A stretch of DNA of 63,995 nucleotides, filler included, from Catajapyx aquilonaris (Eukaryota), in the NCBI GenBank assembly GCA_000934665.2. It is 4 parts of 4 records of this genome, joined end to end, with 100 filler letters (N's around TTAATTAATTAA, not from the genome) between each part and the next. Parts side by side here need not be neighbours in the genome. Positions count along the whole stretch, not along the records: positions 1 to 15,935 come from JYFJ02007346.1; positions 16,036 to 32,042 come from JYFJ02007347.1; 2 more parts are not named here. One strand, written 5' to 3'. Position numbers and translations under genes: made by a program. Below the pieces are notes generated by a model. It was not told where the DNA came from and did no database searches. It was given only the letters and a program-made list of their open reading frames with translations. Position 1 is the first letter of the stretch; every line of letters begins with the position of its first letter. Shown here in pieces: positions 12,745 to 25,500 of the stretch.

Positions 12745-15373
12745 CTAGACTTTGGAACATACCATCAGGAACATAACATCTGCATATTTTAATGGATTCA
12801 CTGGAAGAAGATGAGGATATTTTTGTGTTAGTGACCTTGGATCGACTTCACTTATTCTACCCTTCTTCCTTAATGTCACTTCCTTGTAAACATCCGGGGA
12901 AAATGAATGATGCACTCGCAATACAAAAGGTCGATCCTTTGATATCATCATAATCCTGGACTCTGAGAACATGAGTGGTGTCTTGTCGTCAGCGAGGGTC
13001 TTCTTTGTGATACTTTCTGTTAGCTTTGAAATTTCCTTGAAATCAGATTGCTGCATTCTGGTGACAATAAATGGATTCTTCTTGCTAGTTTTATTTATGA
13101 TGTCTACCCAATCATCTGTAGTGTACACAATGGGATGGTGATGCCTGACGGTTTTTTCTATACGACCAAAGTCCCTATCGCAAGGTAGTTGTGTATGGCC
13201 AACAACTGGGAAAGAGTGTTCCACAGTATCAAAGATTCCTTTTGCAACTAATGATCGCTCCAAGCCTATGAGATTCCAATTTTTATTCTGACCTTTACAG
13301 TTATCACTTATGATATGGAAATGCTGTGCAGAGGGCTTCGCTATTTCCAGATACTTTAAAATACAACTCCCAATCTCATCCGACCCTCTTCCTGCCTCAT
13401 TCTCTGCCCACAAAAACATATAACCTGTTCCAGACCCACAATCATGGATGCCTAGATTGTAGGTCCACAGTTTGCGTTTATAGAAGGCAAGGCCAACAGT
13501 AAGTTTCGGTGTGGGAAGTGTTTGCTGCAAGTCTACAGTGATCACATGATGTTGTTCAGGGTTTCTTTTTGCCAATTCAGAGAGGTGGACAATGTAATCC
13601 TGGCCACTTTGTGCCTTTCTCAAATGAAGCTCTTGATGAGATTTCAATGTCTTAGTCTCATCAGCATTTTCAGCTCTCTCTGCTTCAGCTATCCGTATAA
13701 GGCTTGGGTGCAGTTTAGAGCCGCAAAAATCTTGCAGGTTTCTATACATTTTCTGAATCTACTCGATGAGCTGAGTCGAATGACACTATTCCTAGTATGC
13801 GGAAATGTTTGGTTCAAGAGTAATTGAATTTTGAAATTGCATGTAATATAATAACAATGAGTAAAATGAAAGTAAACAAGTGTTCCTTTGTTGAGACTGT
13901 TCACTCCCATTGTTGCGGTCAGGTGATTCTCCGTGGAAACGTGAGAGATTTCATGGAAACGTGCTGTGAGGGATGCTGAATGATGTAAATAAACGGTTGT
14001 TCTTGGTTCGTTGGACATATAGAACGAGAGTGTAGGAGTTTAATTTAACATCATTCAGGAGCGTCCATGGCCGAGGCATTGCATCGGTGCTTATCAGGAA
14101 TAATTGGGCAAGCCTTCCTGGAAGTAATGAGGGAGGTTGCTTGGTATCTCCTGGGCCACTGCTCGAGGCCTCTTGCCCGCCAACAAGTGTTGCCGTAAAA
14201 TGAATCCTAAGCTTTTACTCAAGGCATGCCCCACTCTGATTGTGTTGGTGTTATCTGTGAGGCGTTGGTGTGACCGCACCAGTACTGTCCGTCTTGGGGC
14301 CCTGCCAGGCACGGTACGTCGCCTGTGCGTGATATTTTTAGTTTTTGCGGAGCGAAAGCGGAGCTGGGCGCTTAGTGTGGGTTTCTGTATCCGCAACATT
14401 TACTGTCCGTCTTGTGGCGCCGCAGGCCAAGGAACGTTATTGTGGCTTTGCCACATCCACATCCGCAACACCCACATCTACGCCACCACAAGGCGGACAG
14501 TATTTCTGCGAACACACAACCCCCAAACTACGTTTAAAATTACCATGGATATTCGTTCACTCAACAATGGGAGTAAACTGTTTCAACAAAGGAACACTTG
14601 TTTATTTTCATTTATTCATTGTTATTACTTGCAATTTCAAAATTCAATTACTCTTGCACCAAGCATTTCCGCACACTAGGAATAGTGTCATTCGACTCAT
14701 CTCATCGAGTAGATTCAGAAAATATATAGAAACCTGGAAGACTTTTGCGGCTCTAAACTGCACCCTTACCCTGTATAACAAGCTTGTCACATGTTGCGCA
14801 TGAATCTGTCTTTGGCAATTTAAATCCAATGTTAAACTCATGAGTGAAAATATGCCTGAACTTGCTCTCACTAACAGTAGGAAAATTTTGGTCCTGACAC
14901 CATGGCAAATACCTATCTGTGAATAAGGACGAAATGGTGCTATCGCAATCAAGGTACACCTTATTCGGGTTTTGTTTCCTACTGTAGTGGCTGCTGTACT
15001 TTGGAATGGCATTCAAAAAGTTACGAACGTGCTGAAGGGTCCCCTCAGGTATTTTGTTGGCAACATTGCCGTGGAAACCTAGACAAAGAATAGCAAAATC
15101 ATTATCACGATTACGGTTTCATACTCAACATACCATTATCAAAGTACTACAGTACCTCTTTGGTCCCTTTTAGGCGTGTTCAACCCGTCCTTCAACTGAC
15201 TCTGTATATGGTATATTCTTCCACGACTGCTCTGAAGGCCATGAATGCTCATAAAAACTGCTTTGCAAATTTCTGTATCCTGACCATCTAGTGAAACAGA
15301 GTACGTGAAGGTCATGGTACGGCGTGATCTCTGGTTAGCAGTCTTCTTGGGGTAACTGGAAAAAGAATTCATA
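12745..15373 (-). pseudogene. Sola1 transposase: segments ~15373-15156, intron 15155-15079, 15078-14774, insertion, 13695-12745
   Basis: ICKAVFMSIHGL, DQRG|FHGNVANKI across a 77-bp GT-AG intron, [73 protein letters not shown]. Confidence 0.88.
13698..14773. mobile_element. Non-autonomous Tc1/mariner-type element with ~215-bp TIRs, inserted in the Sola1 ORF
   Basis: Inverted repeats 13698-13915 and ~14561-14773, TA on both sides (13696-97, 14774-75), CAGGGT terminus. Removing it with one TA restores CDKLVIRIAEAE in frame. Confidence 0.85.
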
Positions 15374-15377
15374 TTAA

Positions 15378-15836
15378 CCCTTTGATGACGGAGTTTTTTT
15401 TCCCCCTTTTCCGGAAATTTTATGACCTCGCCGATTTTCTTGAAATTCGGTGCATTGGTAGCCCACCCCAAGGGATGAAAAACGCACCTATAGTGACCTG
15501 ATCAAAATGACCTTGTGACCCAATTTTGAGGGGGGCAGAGGTCAAATTTCGACCTCACCGGATTTTCTTCAAATTCGGTGCATTGGTAGCCCACACCAAG
15601 GGATGAAAAACGCACATATAGTTACCTGATAAAAATGACCTCGTGACCCAATTTTGAGGGGGGCAGAGGTCAAATAAAATTTCGACCTCACTGATTTTCT
15701 TGAGATTCGGTGCATTGGTAGCCCACCCCAAGGGATGAAAAATGCACCTATAGTTACCTGATCAAAATGACCTCGTGACCCAATTCTGATGAGGGCAGAG
15801 GTCAAATTCCAACCTCACCGATTTTCTTGAAATTCG
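15378..15836. repeat. piggyBac-like end (TTAA|CCCTT) followed by ~3.2 copies of a ~130-bp tandem repeat
   Basis: TTAA at 15374-77, then CCCTTTGA. The unit gacctc..gattttcttgaaattcggtgcattggtagcc recurs at ~15424, 15551, 15684 and 15812. Confidence 0.7.
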
Positions 15837-15935
15837 TGGGTTATACCAAGGTTATACACACTTACATTTTTTGCGTACACGTACTACCCGCCTTAGTGAA
15901 TCACAAGGGAGACTTTGCAAGTGCCAGTCACAAAT

Positions 15936-16035
15936 NNNNNNNNNNNNNNNNNNNNNNNNNNNNNNNNNNNNNNNNNNNNTTAATTAATTAANNNNNNNNN
16001 NNNNNNNNNNNNNNNNNNNNNNNNNNNNNNNNNNN
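15936..16035. other. Artificial contig spacer
   Basis: 44 N + TTAATTAATTAA (stops in all six frames) + 44 N. Confidence 0.97.
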
Positions 16036-19000
16036 GAGGTGGCACGATGTGATTGCGAGCTCCATACGAGGTTGCAAGGTCCACACGACCTCACTGCGAG
16101 CTCGTGGCAATGTCAAATTTTGGTAAGGGTAATGATTTCCATCTGGAATTTTACCCACAAATTGTACTGTACAACATATATGCGCGTGCGATAAATGAAG
16201 TGTACTTTACCTCGCCGCTAGTATTCCACGTTTGCACAACCACGTTCCCTGATACCGACGAGTAACACTTTGCGTCATGAAGTGAATAGAAAAACGCTGT
16301 CTAATTTCGTCACCTGCATGCTAGTGGTCAAATGCCCCAAAATTACACCGACAGTTGATGTCAACAAACCGTATTTTATTTAATCCGAAATTTAAACTGC
16401 GCAACCGAACATTAAACGTAAATCAAGATTTTGCGCAAAAATTATGTCGGCACCCTGACTTTTCCCTTTGGATTTGGATTCCACGTGACCCCACAATATA
16501 TGGGCGTTATAACTTCAGGTGTATCATAAAACCAGGCTTATCCATAACCATAGTTAAATACATTTTTTTTCTACATATCCTGACCTCATTCCCCCCCCCC
16601 CTCTTGCGTGATGTGAACATCATCTTCTCCTTAACTTATATATAACTTACACGAAGCATGATGGAGAATATAATCCGCGTAGGCCGAGTGGAGAAAATGA
16701 GAAGATTTGTATGCAGGCTGTTCCAGTGCGCGGGATAAAACGCATCAAATCGCATGGCTTATTCCGGCAAGTCTTTTCTTCCGGAACTTTGAGCCGCCTC
16801 ATATCCGGCCAAGAGGCGGCAAAGGCACCAAGAAACGGAATACCTGAGTTTGGTGGGAGGGGGAAAGGGTGGAAACTTCATTTCGATGGGCGAACGTTCG
16901 AAGAGAGAGAGAGAGGACACCCTTACAAAGGAAGGAAATACTGGTGTATAGGATTTCTTTTCTTTCCTCCTGCTCTGAAATGGATATAACGCTTTAAATG
17001 GAAGCAGTTAGTGTGAAAAATTCACGGTCGGGTTAAGCAAACGATGTGAAAGCTGCCCTTTTGTTCACAGCCCTTACCTTTTTTTTCTGGACCTCTGCAA
17101 AGGCTTGCTGGCTACTTGGAAACATCTGGAAAAGCGTTTTTTGGGTGGAAATATTGCATCGGCTGTCCGGAAAACGAATGTGGCGTGCTCCAATTGTAGC
17201 TTTTTTTCCGTCGAGACCGGTCTGGGGCTAGTGTAGGTGAAGGCCTCGTCCTAGAAAAGGATACACGCATTGAGGACAGATTTTCACGATTAATTTTAAC
17301 ATGTAATTGAAAAATGTCATTTTACGACTATATTTTGCTGAAACGTACATGTCAGAAAAGTTTACGAAAACTGCTCCATTTTCTATTTTTTTATATAGAT
17401 TTCGACATTGCTTGGGGTAGGCCACAATTATTGATTGATAAAATTACATAATGTGTGCACCGATACACTGTTTCGGCTTGGCGTTGGCTGAATTCGTACA
17501 ATGCAGAAAGTCGCAATGAATCGTGGCTGACGGGCAAGTGCAGGCTGAGTGCAGGGATAAAAGGGAATTAGAGTGGACAGAAATGTCCGGTCTAATTTTG
17601 TTTGTTGCCAGGTCCATCTGCGCATGGCATTTCCTTTCACTTTGGCTTTGTACGATCCCCATCTTATATGGTTGCAGTCAATATTTTGTGTCAGGTGTAA
17701 AGCCTCTTTCGCCTTTTTCCCCCGTCCACACAAGCTCTACTCTTCTTTAACACAACTTCCTCTTTTCTCTGCGCCAAACCCAGTTTCATGCGTCATGAAA
17801 CTTGTTTGTCTTTGTTAGGCCTCCCACAAGATTTCGCAGAAGATGGGCCCCTCATCTTGCCACCCAAAAGATCGTGTGGTTGTGATCAAAACGACTAATG
17901 GAAGCCGCATGGTTTCTGTCAAAAGCTGCAAACTTTTTGAGTGGAAGAATTTGTTGTCAGAAGCTGCACAACAAATGTGCATATTCGTAATTCGCAAAAT
18001 GTGTCCCTGCTAATTCTCAAACGTTGGCATCCAGCAGCTCTTGGAAAACCATAATTGCGTCTATATATAAAGGCGCATTAAAATTAGTTCTCGGGCCGAG
18101 CCTTGGTTGCTGTTATGGTAATTTTCTTCGCACTTTCTGGCAGCACGGAAACTCATCTTGACAAGATTTACGTATAACTTGCTCGACCCTAAAATACGTC
18201 CCTGCCAGATCTTGAGCAAAACAAGCCCACTAACGTGTAAATCCTTCTCATCCCCTGTGAAGCAGTCCCGGAATATACATATATGTTTTTTTTTTCTTCC
18301 TTTTCCAGAGCAGCCTATTACCTCCAGGACAATTTATTTTCTTTTTTACTTCCGCGTAATGTAAATGCAGAATTTACCTCCGTTTTTCTGATGCTCTAAA
18401 AACAACAGACAGTAGTTTTTAATCGCTGCGGGCATGCTATTTCAACTGCGCCGTATATTATTCTAGTTTTATTTTTAAAGCACACATTTCACTTTGCCTT
18501 TCAAACTGGTACAACACGATTTAACTAATATTTAATAAAATAATCACAATTTGTATGTTATTCAAATTACCGTAAACATTAGGTGTCAAGGCTAGGTTTA
18601 GAAGTTGAAATGAGTTCCAATGGCAATGACAGAAGTATTAAAATTATGCAGTGTGCAATTACGAGCACAAACGTTGTAAAAATACATATCCCAGAGAAAG
18701 ACATACAAAACGCAGGCTGCACACATTTCGGATTAAATAATATGCAGAATTTTTAAAATAACTAGAACATGTTTTGACTGCAAGCAGTTTATATGCTCAT
18801 GTGTAGTCAGGCCTCTGGCATGTACTTTTTTCTGAAATATTTGAGCACATACAATATTTCACCTGCATTAGTTGCACGATAATATTTAAAAATACACTTT
18901 CAGAAAACTAATATGCGTAATCCCGAGCCGTGTACAAATCATTGTTGCCTGCATGTCAATATGCAACGTACTTATTTCCGGTTGGGCTAAGGCGGAAGGG

Positions 19001-20895
19001 CGTGTGCTGCACAGTATAGAAACACGAAGTAAACTGCGGGGAGCATCACAGTATCCGTACAAAGTTAATTACTCAATCCATTCATGCTGAAGGGCCAGTC
19101 CATCACTCTGATATGCTTATTGGCAAAAAACCCCCTCCAGTCTCCGAATATTTTCCAAAATTAGGTTCCGGTAGGCGGGCCTGGGGATTGATTTGGTGAG
19201 CACTTTGCAGTGACTGCCGTCAATCGAACCTCCCCCATACAACGCACGTCAAACCTGCCCCACCCGCCACCCGCCATTTTTTGGGGGCCTAAAAGATCAG
19301 CCGCACATTGCAACCTCTGGAGTTCTCTCCGGGCAGTTTTTTTTTTTTTTACAGTACATTGCAAATACTACCGGTTTTTTTATCATCAAACGGAGGGGCC
19401 TGGAGAGATAACAATTTTTAGCGCATCGGTGGATACAGGTTCTCAAGTACAGGGTGGTGTACTGCCCAACTGTTCGTCCAAACAGAACATCAATCATATT
19501 ATGAGAGTTATCCACTTATCCCAGCTGGTGATTAATTGTTATGTGTATAAAATCTGAATAGTATGACGTGTTTTCCACCTTGTTTCGTTGAACAATTTAT
19601 ACATCATTTTGTCATCCTCCTAAACCTAATGTTTTTGACGAAATTGGGCAATGCACCACCCGGTATGTATGCACACAGACAACGAGCGAGTCTGGGGCTG
19701 GCGAAAATGCATTTGGCTTCTGCCCGTTGCAGCCGCAGTAAATATTGGCATTGGCGTCGAACCAAACTGGCGGTCGTCCCTTTGACGTGACGTAGACGCA
19801 TTGACTTGGACGCTGCTCTGGATTCGCCAAGGTATACTCTTTTGCTTGCTGGCGACAGACACACGAGGACTTGTCCACTCCGTGAAAAATTTGCATAGAA
19901 TGTCCCCTCAGTACTCGAATCATTTGCAAAACATGCAGACCTTTAAACGAGCTTCAAACTGCCATTATTTGCAATGCCAACCCGGTTTTCATGCCTTGTT
20001 ACACATTTTTACCCGCTTATGCAAATTGAACGCGTTTAATTAGGACGCTTGTGAGAGCATTTTTGTTACGCTGACTTTGGCCGGTTTTTCTCTCAGCGAA
20101 TAAACACACAAACAGGTCCTGCTTATTCCTTCGGTTTTTTTTATGTCGCGTGATAGTTTTCGCTGGAGATAATGTTGATCAAAGGTCCTCTAGAGCTCTA
20201 TTCATCAGGGCTTGTCCTCTCTCCCAAATTGTTTCCAGCATCCCGGCACCGCATCTAATTTCCCGTGCAGTATTACAGGACGCTCGGCTGTAACAGGCTT
20301 GTATTTTTCTCTATGAAATACTTGGCGAGTTTAACTTCAGGGAGAATCCAATATCAAGTATCGGAATACCCTCAATAAGCTGTTTTTGGTGCAAACTAAG
20401 AAAGTGAAGGTAAATTCTGATGATAAAAGGTGCTGTTAGTACTTGTTAAATGAGCGACAATTAAAGTGTACCAGGTGTGTTGATAAAATGAGGCTGAGCT
20501 CGCTACTTTGAAGTACTGAAGTCCCCTCTGTAACTCCTGTGTGAATTATTCATTGAAACCTGCAGTATTTTACAGGCGAGACACGACGTCCCAACATTGC
20601 CACATTGCGCCGGATCTAGCTCACTGTAACAGGTGCTTGTGTAACTTTATGAGCACCTTGGCGGTAATCACTCTGGTAAGACACTGCGCACCCCCGGAAA
20701 GAAAAGGAATCCGCGAAATCCAAGCCAGCACTGGGTAATTTACGAAGCGGCAAGTTTCAGAGAGTTCTAAAGAACTCACTAAATTGTATCACAAAGTGTG
20801 CATTCGTCGGGGTTACAATAAATTCCTCCAATTTCTAGTGCGCACCATTGTTGGCCGAAACGTGTATTATAGGACTTGAATCAACTTCTTTCCAG

Positions 20896-21017
20896 GAGAA
20901 AACCCAGCGGCCATGCAGCACGGAACGTCCACTTCCAACTGCAAGGTCAAGCCGTTCACAACCCTGACCTGGCTCCTGGCGGCGGGTCAAATCTACGTGG
21001 TGCTGGTCCTCAGGTGA
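20896..21017 (+). CDS. Probable last coding exon of a Dpr-family (defective proboscis extension response / zig-8-like) two-Ig protein with a GPI-anchor signal
   Basis: Acceptor cttctttccag, phase 1: (G)ENPAAMQHGTSTSNCKVKPFTTLTWLLAAGQIYVVLVLR*. GExPAAMQ is the motif that follows Ig2 in Dpr proteins; small residues then a hydrophobic tail; strong GC3 bias. Confidence 0.75.
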
Positions 21018-22338
21018 CAACACTTCCAGGTCATCGCTCCAACGAGGTCACTGCTTCCAAGCAGCGACACACGAACAATCCTCTGAACAGGACATTTTCA
21101 AAAATATATATATATTATCGCGGTGAGTGCTGCCGTTCAAGATGAAAGAAGCCCGGAAAGTTATATCACCCATCAGAAAAAGTTTTTAACATTTTGAGAA
21201 CCGGGGGATTTAAATGGTGCTGTCTGGTTTTAATAGTGGTGTGCATAGTGGTGGTGATAGTGATTGATTTTTTTTCTTCATATAACTCTTTTGAAAGGCT
21301 TCCGAACAGAGACTCGGCAAGTTGGTGGAAGAAAAACACAAAACCGGGGGAGGTGAACAAAAAAAATATATATCAAGAGGCGTTGTCTACCTTTAGCAGT
21401 CACGTACAGAACTTACCTCACGTCCCTAATCCACATTTATTTGACGGCGGAGGAGTCGAGCCGTAAACGATGATACATCAGGGTTTTCACCCGGGGGAGA
21501 TTACGGCACGTGCTGGAAATTTCTCCCTGTTATCTCTCAGAGGTGGGCGAAAGGGCACCAACGCGTTTTCGGCATAAATTATTCCTGTACATAATGTTTT
21601 GCTGGGGGTTGGTGAAGGAACAGAAGGAAAGCAAACTTTTGCTCCAAAAAAATGATTCAAGTAATATAGTGAAGTGAGTATTCAGACAAAAATCCAGAAT
21701 ATTGATAAAAAGTGTTGCGAGTAAATATTACCAGGGTCTTGGTAATGCTCCGGATGGTACCCGGCACCGTTTTACAGAAGACCCAGCACCCTACGTGACC
21801 ATAAAAAGGAGTAATGGTTATCCGCCATCCATCTGCATTCTATTCCCTATCCACTCCTGTGTTTCCGGCAAAGATTGCCAATCCGGGTTGTAAAAGTCCT
21901 GAACGTCCCGCCAAAGTGCAACATAAATATTGTTCGTCACCTGTCGTGCCCTTTCACCCCTCTCGTAAAACACTCTGAAAAAAAAAAAACAAGATAGTTC
22001 CCCCCCCCCCCCACACACACAATTCTTTCCTTTCCATCTTACCCATCCTCCTTCCAAAACATGTGAGGACTCCCGCCGCATGAGGATACAGAATATGTTC
22101 AACCCGTGTACAATTTGTAGTGCGAAACGTGTTTGTAATGGAGAAACCAAAAAAAAATAATGATAATATAATAAAGCTGATATATCGTGCTCTACACTTT
22201 AACACATCATTTTTTGTTCGTAATTTTTTGGCACCTTCCAACAATGGTTGACGGAACCGAGCATTATTGTCGTAAATATTTTTTGTTTGTATTTAGCCTA
22301 CAAGATGGTAGTCATACAATAGTTTCGAGCAATGTAAA

Positions 22339-22545
22339 TCACTGATCACTGCTAATATTCAAATAGCAGGTAACTGCGATCACTGCTATTTGCATTAGCT
22401 GCTATTCTAATATTAGCATTGTAATCGCTGCTATTTTGGAGTAACAGTAACTTCGATCACACTACTGCATTATATGAATATTTGAGCTGATATGACTGCC
22501 ATTTTGGAATATCAGTAGCTGCGATCGCTGTCATTTAAATATCAT
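22339..22545. repeat. Degenerate tandem repeat
   Basis: Recurring gatcactgcta / gatcgctgcta / taactgcgatc units. Confidence 0.5.
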
Positions 22546-25500
22546 CACTTTTGCCCCACACGACTTTCCATTGTAGAGGAGCTTGACAGGGAGGGGGGTG
22601 AACTGGTCCGAAGTTAATTGTTATGGGAGCGCTTTGCCATGTGTTGAATGTCAACAGTCTTGATGTGGCGGGCCCCTGGGATTGTGTGCCCAGGCCGAGG
22701 AAAGTTAATTAGCTCCGTTAGGGAACTGAGACTGCAGAAATATTGATAACATGCTGCAACGGAGCCTCAAGCTGCATGCAGGCGCAGCGATATGAGATAG
22801 ACAACCCCTGGGAGGGGTGGGTGGGGAGAGGCGGAGGGAGAGGGGAGTTTCAGCTATTTACCATCTCTTTAGCCCAGCCCTCCCCGGAGAGATGAGAAGT
22901 AGAGTGGCAGCAGGGGACAGGATGGTGGGATGGCAGGGGGTACAAGATGGAAGAAAAGTTATATGCACTCATAAAATAATGGCGTATTCACACAACCGCT
23001 TTTTTGCAAGCCAAAAAAACCGCACGAGTGTACATCCTTGTTAGTAAAAAAAATCTGGGAGGATAACAGGCTTGCATAATGAACCTTTGTAACAAGGGTT
23101 TAGACCCAGCTGTATGAACACAAATTACGGCAAAGTCTCGGATTATGTTTAATGCAGCATGTTATATTGGGTAGTGTTAAGCTGCTTGTTTTTAAGCAGA
23201 TGTTTAGGATCAGTTAGTTTCAGATGTTGCCGGTAGCATCATATTAATCTATCCGATATGATTTGTCGAAGCCATTTTTCTCGCTCTGTCAAAAATTCAG
23301 CTTCATGAATACGTCATAATGCAAACTTATGGCTCATTCCAAGCAGGCACACACACACAATCATATCCGATGCTTGCTTTAAAAAATAAAATAAAAAAGT
23401 GGCAGTAAACGCGTCACTAAAAGTTTCTGCGATTGACTTTTTCGCAAGGAAAGTTTGCACACAAAAGTCCATTAAACCTGGACCGGGGTACTATTAAAGT
23501 GAATTGTGCTATTGCGTGAGTTGGAGCTATACGTTCACTTTTGATGTTTTTGTGGGATTTTTGCTGCTCTATTATTTTTGCTAGCTCGTGCCTATTTTTG
23601 CTCTTGGATTTTGCAAATTGCGCTTTGTCTCAACATTCCAAAAATAATTCCGTCGAATGTTCTATGTGCTATCAGTTATAAAATAAGTCAGTAAAAAAAT
23701 TATTCCTTCGGAAGTATGCTGTAACAGATAGTAATAATTATTCTAAGATTTTGAGCTGCACTTCAACCCACATTTGTGCAAAAAGGCTAAAACCTACAGA
23801 AGCATGCGTTAAAAATTGTTAATCGTCATCATCATCATCATTAACAACATCACGACATTTCCCTATGAGGGGTAGTCAGCGATGAAGGGAGACGCAAGCT
23901 AACCCAACATATGAACTAATAATTAAAACTCGTGAAAATAAATTAAAAACAACCCGTCTCACCCCCCACCCCTGCCCACCTCAGAATTGTTAATAACAAG
24001 ATAATTACTACAGTGTGGCGCGGAAGTATTTCCACATCCAATGAAAAATATAATTAGTCTACTGTATGCAAATATTGAACAAACTATAGAGTCTATATAT
24101 TACGGTGTATTTTCTGAAATCTGGAAAAGAGTAGCGTTATGCAATATTAATATTAATCAACATAATATTTAGGGTATCATTTAGAGATAGAGATGGATAA
24201 CTATTGAAATACAGTTTAAATGCTGCTTTTCCAGACGCCCAAATCTTTGGTCATAACTTATCTCAACCGATTTTTAAGGTCGCATAAAGTTAGGCAACTT
24301 CTCCGAACTCTACTTCCTTCGAAAGGTAACAACGGGTATTCATCTCATTGTTGAAATATGGACTTGAACTATATGTGCAGAAATTAATGATACCATCAGC
24401 GCTGAACATTGCACGTACGTTGCATTCATATTCCATCCTTTGAACTTTGGCAGGATTAGCAGGCTTCATTTTTGACACAAGGTTTCAGCTCGATATAATG
24501 CTTTCGTTTTAATTCAGGCTGTGCTCTACGCTTCATAATTTCACAATTACACCGCACCAAAGCAAGTCATTGTTCATTGCAACAAAAAAAGCAGACCCTC
24601 TGGTTTACGTATAATGCATTGCGCAGGATCAGGCATCGCCATCTCCTGGAGATTTACCCCCGGCGGAGTCTTGCATCAAGGAGCTTAATTTTGCAAGACC
24701 TTGTAGACCTTTCCCCCCCACCCCTGGCACCACCCCAACTGTCAACAAGTCTATTAATTAACTCCCGCAACCACTGCATTAATAAGATTGCGCCAATGAG
24801 TTGCGCCGCATTTTCAGGATCTCCTCCGGTTTAATCCATCCGGACGCCTTACCCTCACGCTGCCCCTTCGCAAGGCTTGATTGCCAATCTAATTTATGGC
24901 TGGAAATGCTGCCAAGGTATGTGGGGGAAGGATAGTGGATGGGAGTGTTGGGCTGGTGGGGAGGAAGTGTGCCAAAAATCGACGCCTATTATTCTATTGA
25001 TCGATGCTTCGGGTCTGCTGCAGCAAGCCGGCCACATACTGCACTCCATCCCCAGTCGATTAAAAAAAAAAAAGTCGGACAATTTTAGGCACATTTTCGC
25101 ACGCGAAATCACGGGAGCAACCTGGAGAAATCCCTAGTTATCCTGGTTTATCCCAGGATCTGCAAACTCATCCGTAATCCATGAAAGTGACGTTAAGGTA
25201 ATCCGAGGATAATCAGGAGGCAACTTGGGATTCCAGGAAAGATAACTACGAATAATCTGTGGCCATTACAGAAAATTTTCTTCAAAAAATGGCGCATGCG
25301 CATTCCTGCACATCAAGTTCTATATGTGGAGATGCGCATGCGCGACTGCTGTACTTGCAATCTTTTTTTCTTTTCCTAACATCTCTTCTTACATCAGATC
25401 TGAAATGGTCCAAAATGGAATCGCATTGGATGCAAGGCCAGAAGTTCCTGTTCTATATTGGACGTCCGGAATAAAAGCCTGGCGAGAGGGGGACGCTGCA

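Larger units (their letters stand above)
12361..15377 (-). mobile_element. Sola1 DNA transposon (3' terminus at 12361; 5' part cut by another insertion)
   Basis: Terminus aatt|gaaggggtcagtgccataa fits a Sola1-type end with an AWWT target site. Transposase lies inside. Confidence 0.75.

Noticed and set aside
20913..21017. Stand-alone 34-aa sarcolamban-like micropeptide (FTT motif)
   Set aside because: The frame extends to an upstream acceptor giving GENPAAMQHG, better explained as a Dpr terminal exon; the hydrophobic stretch also contains G and Q.
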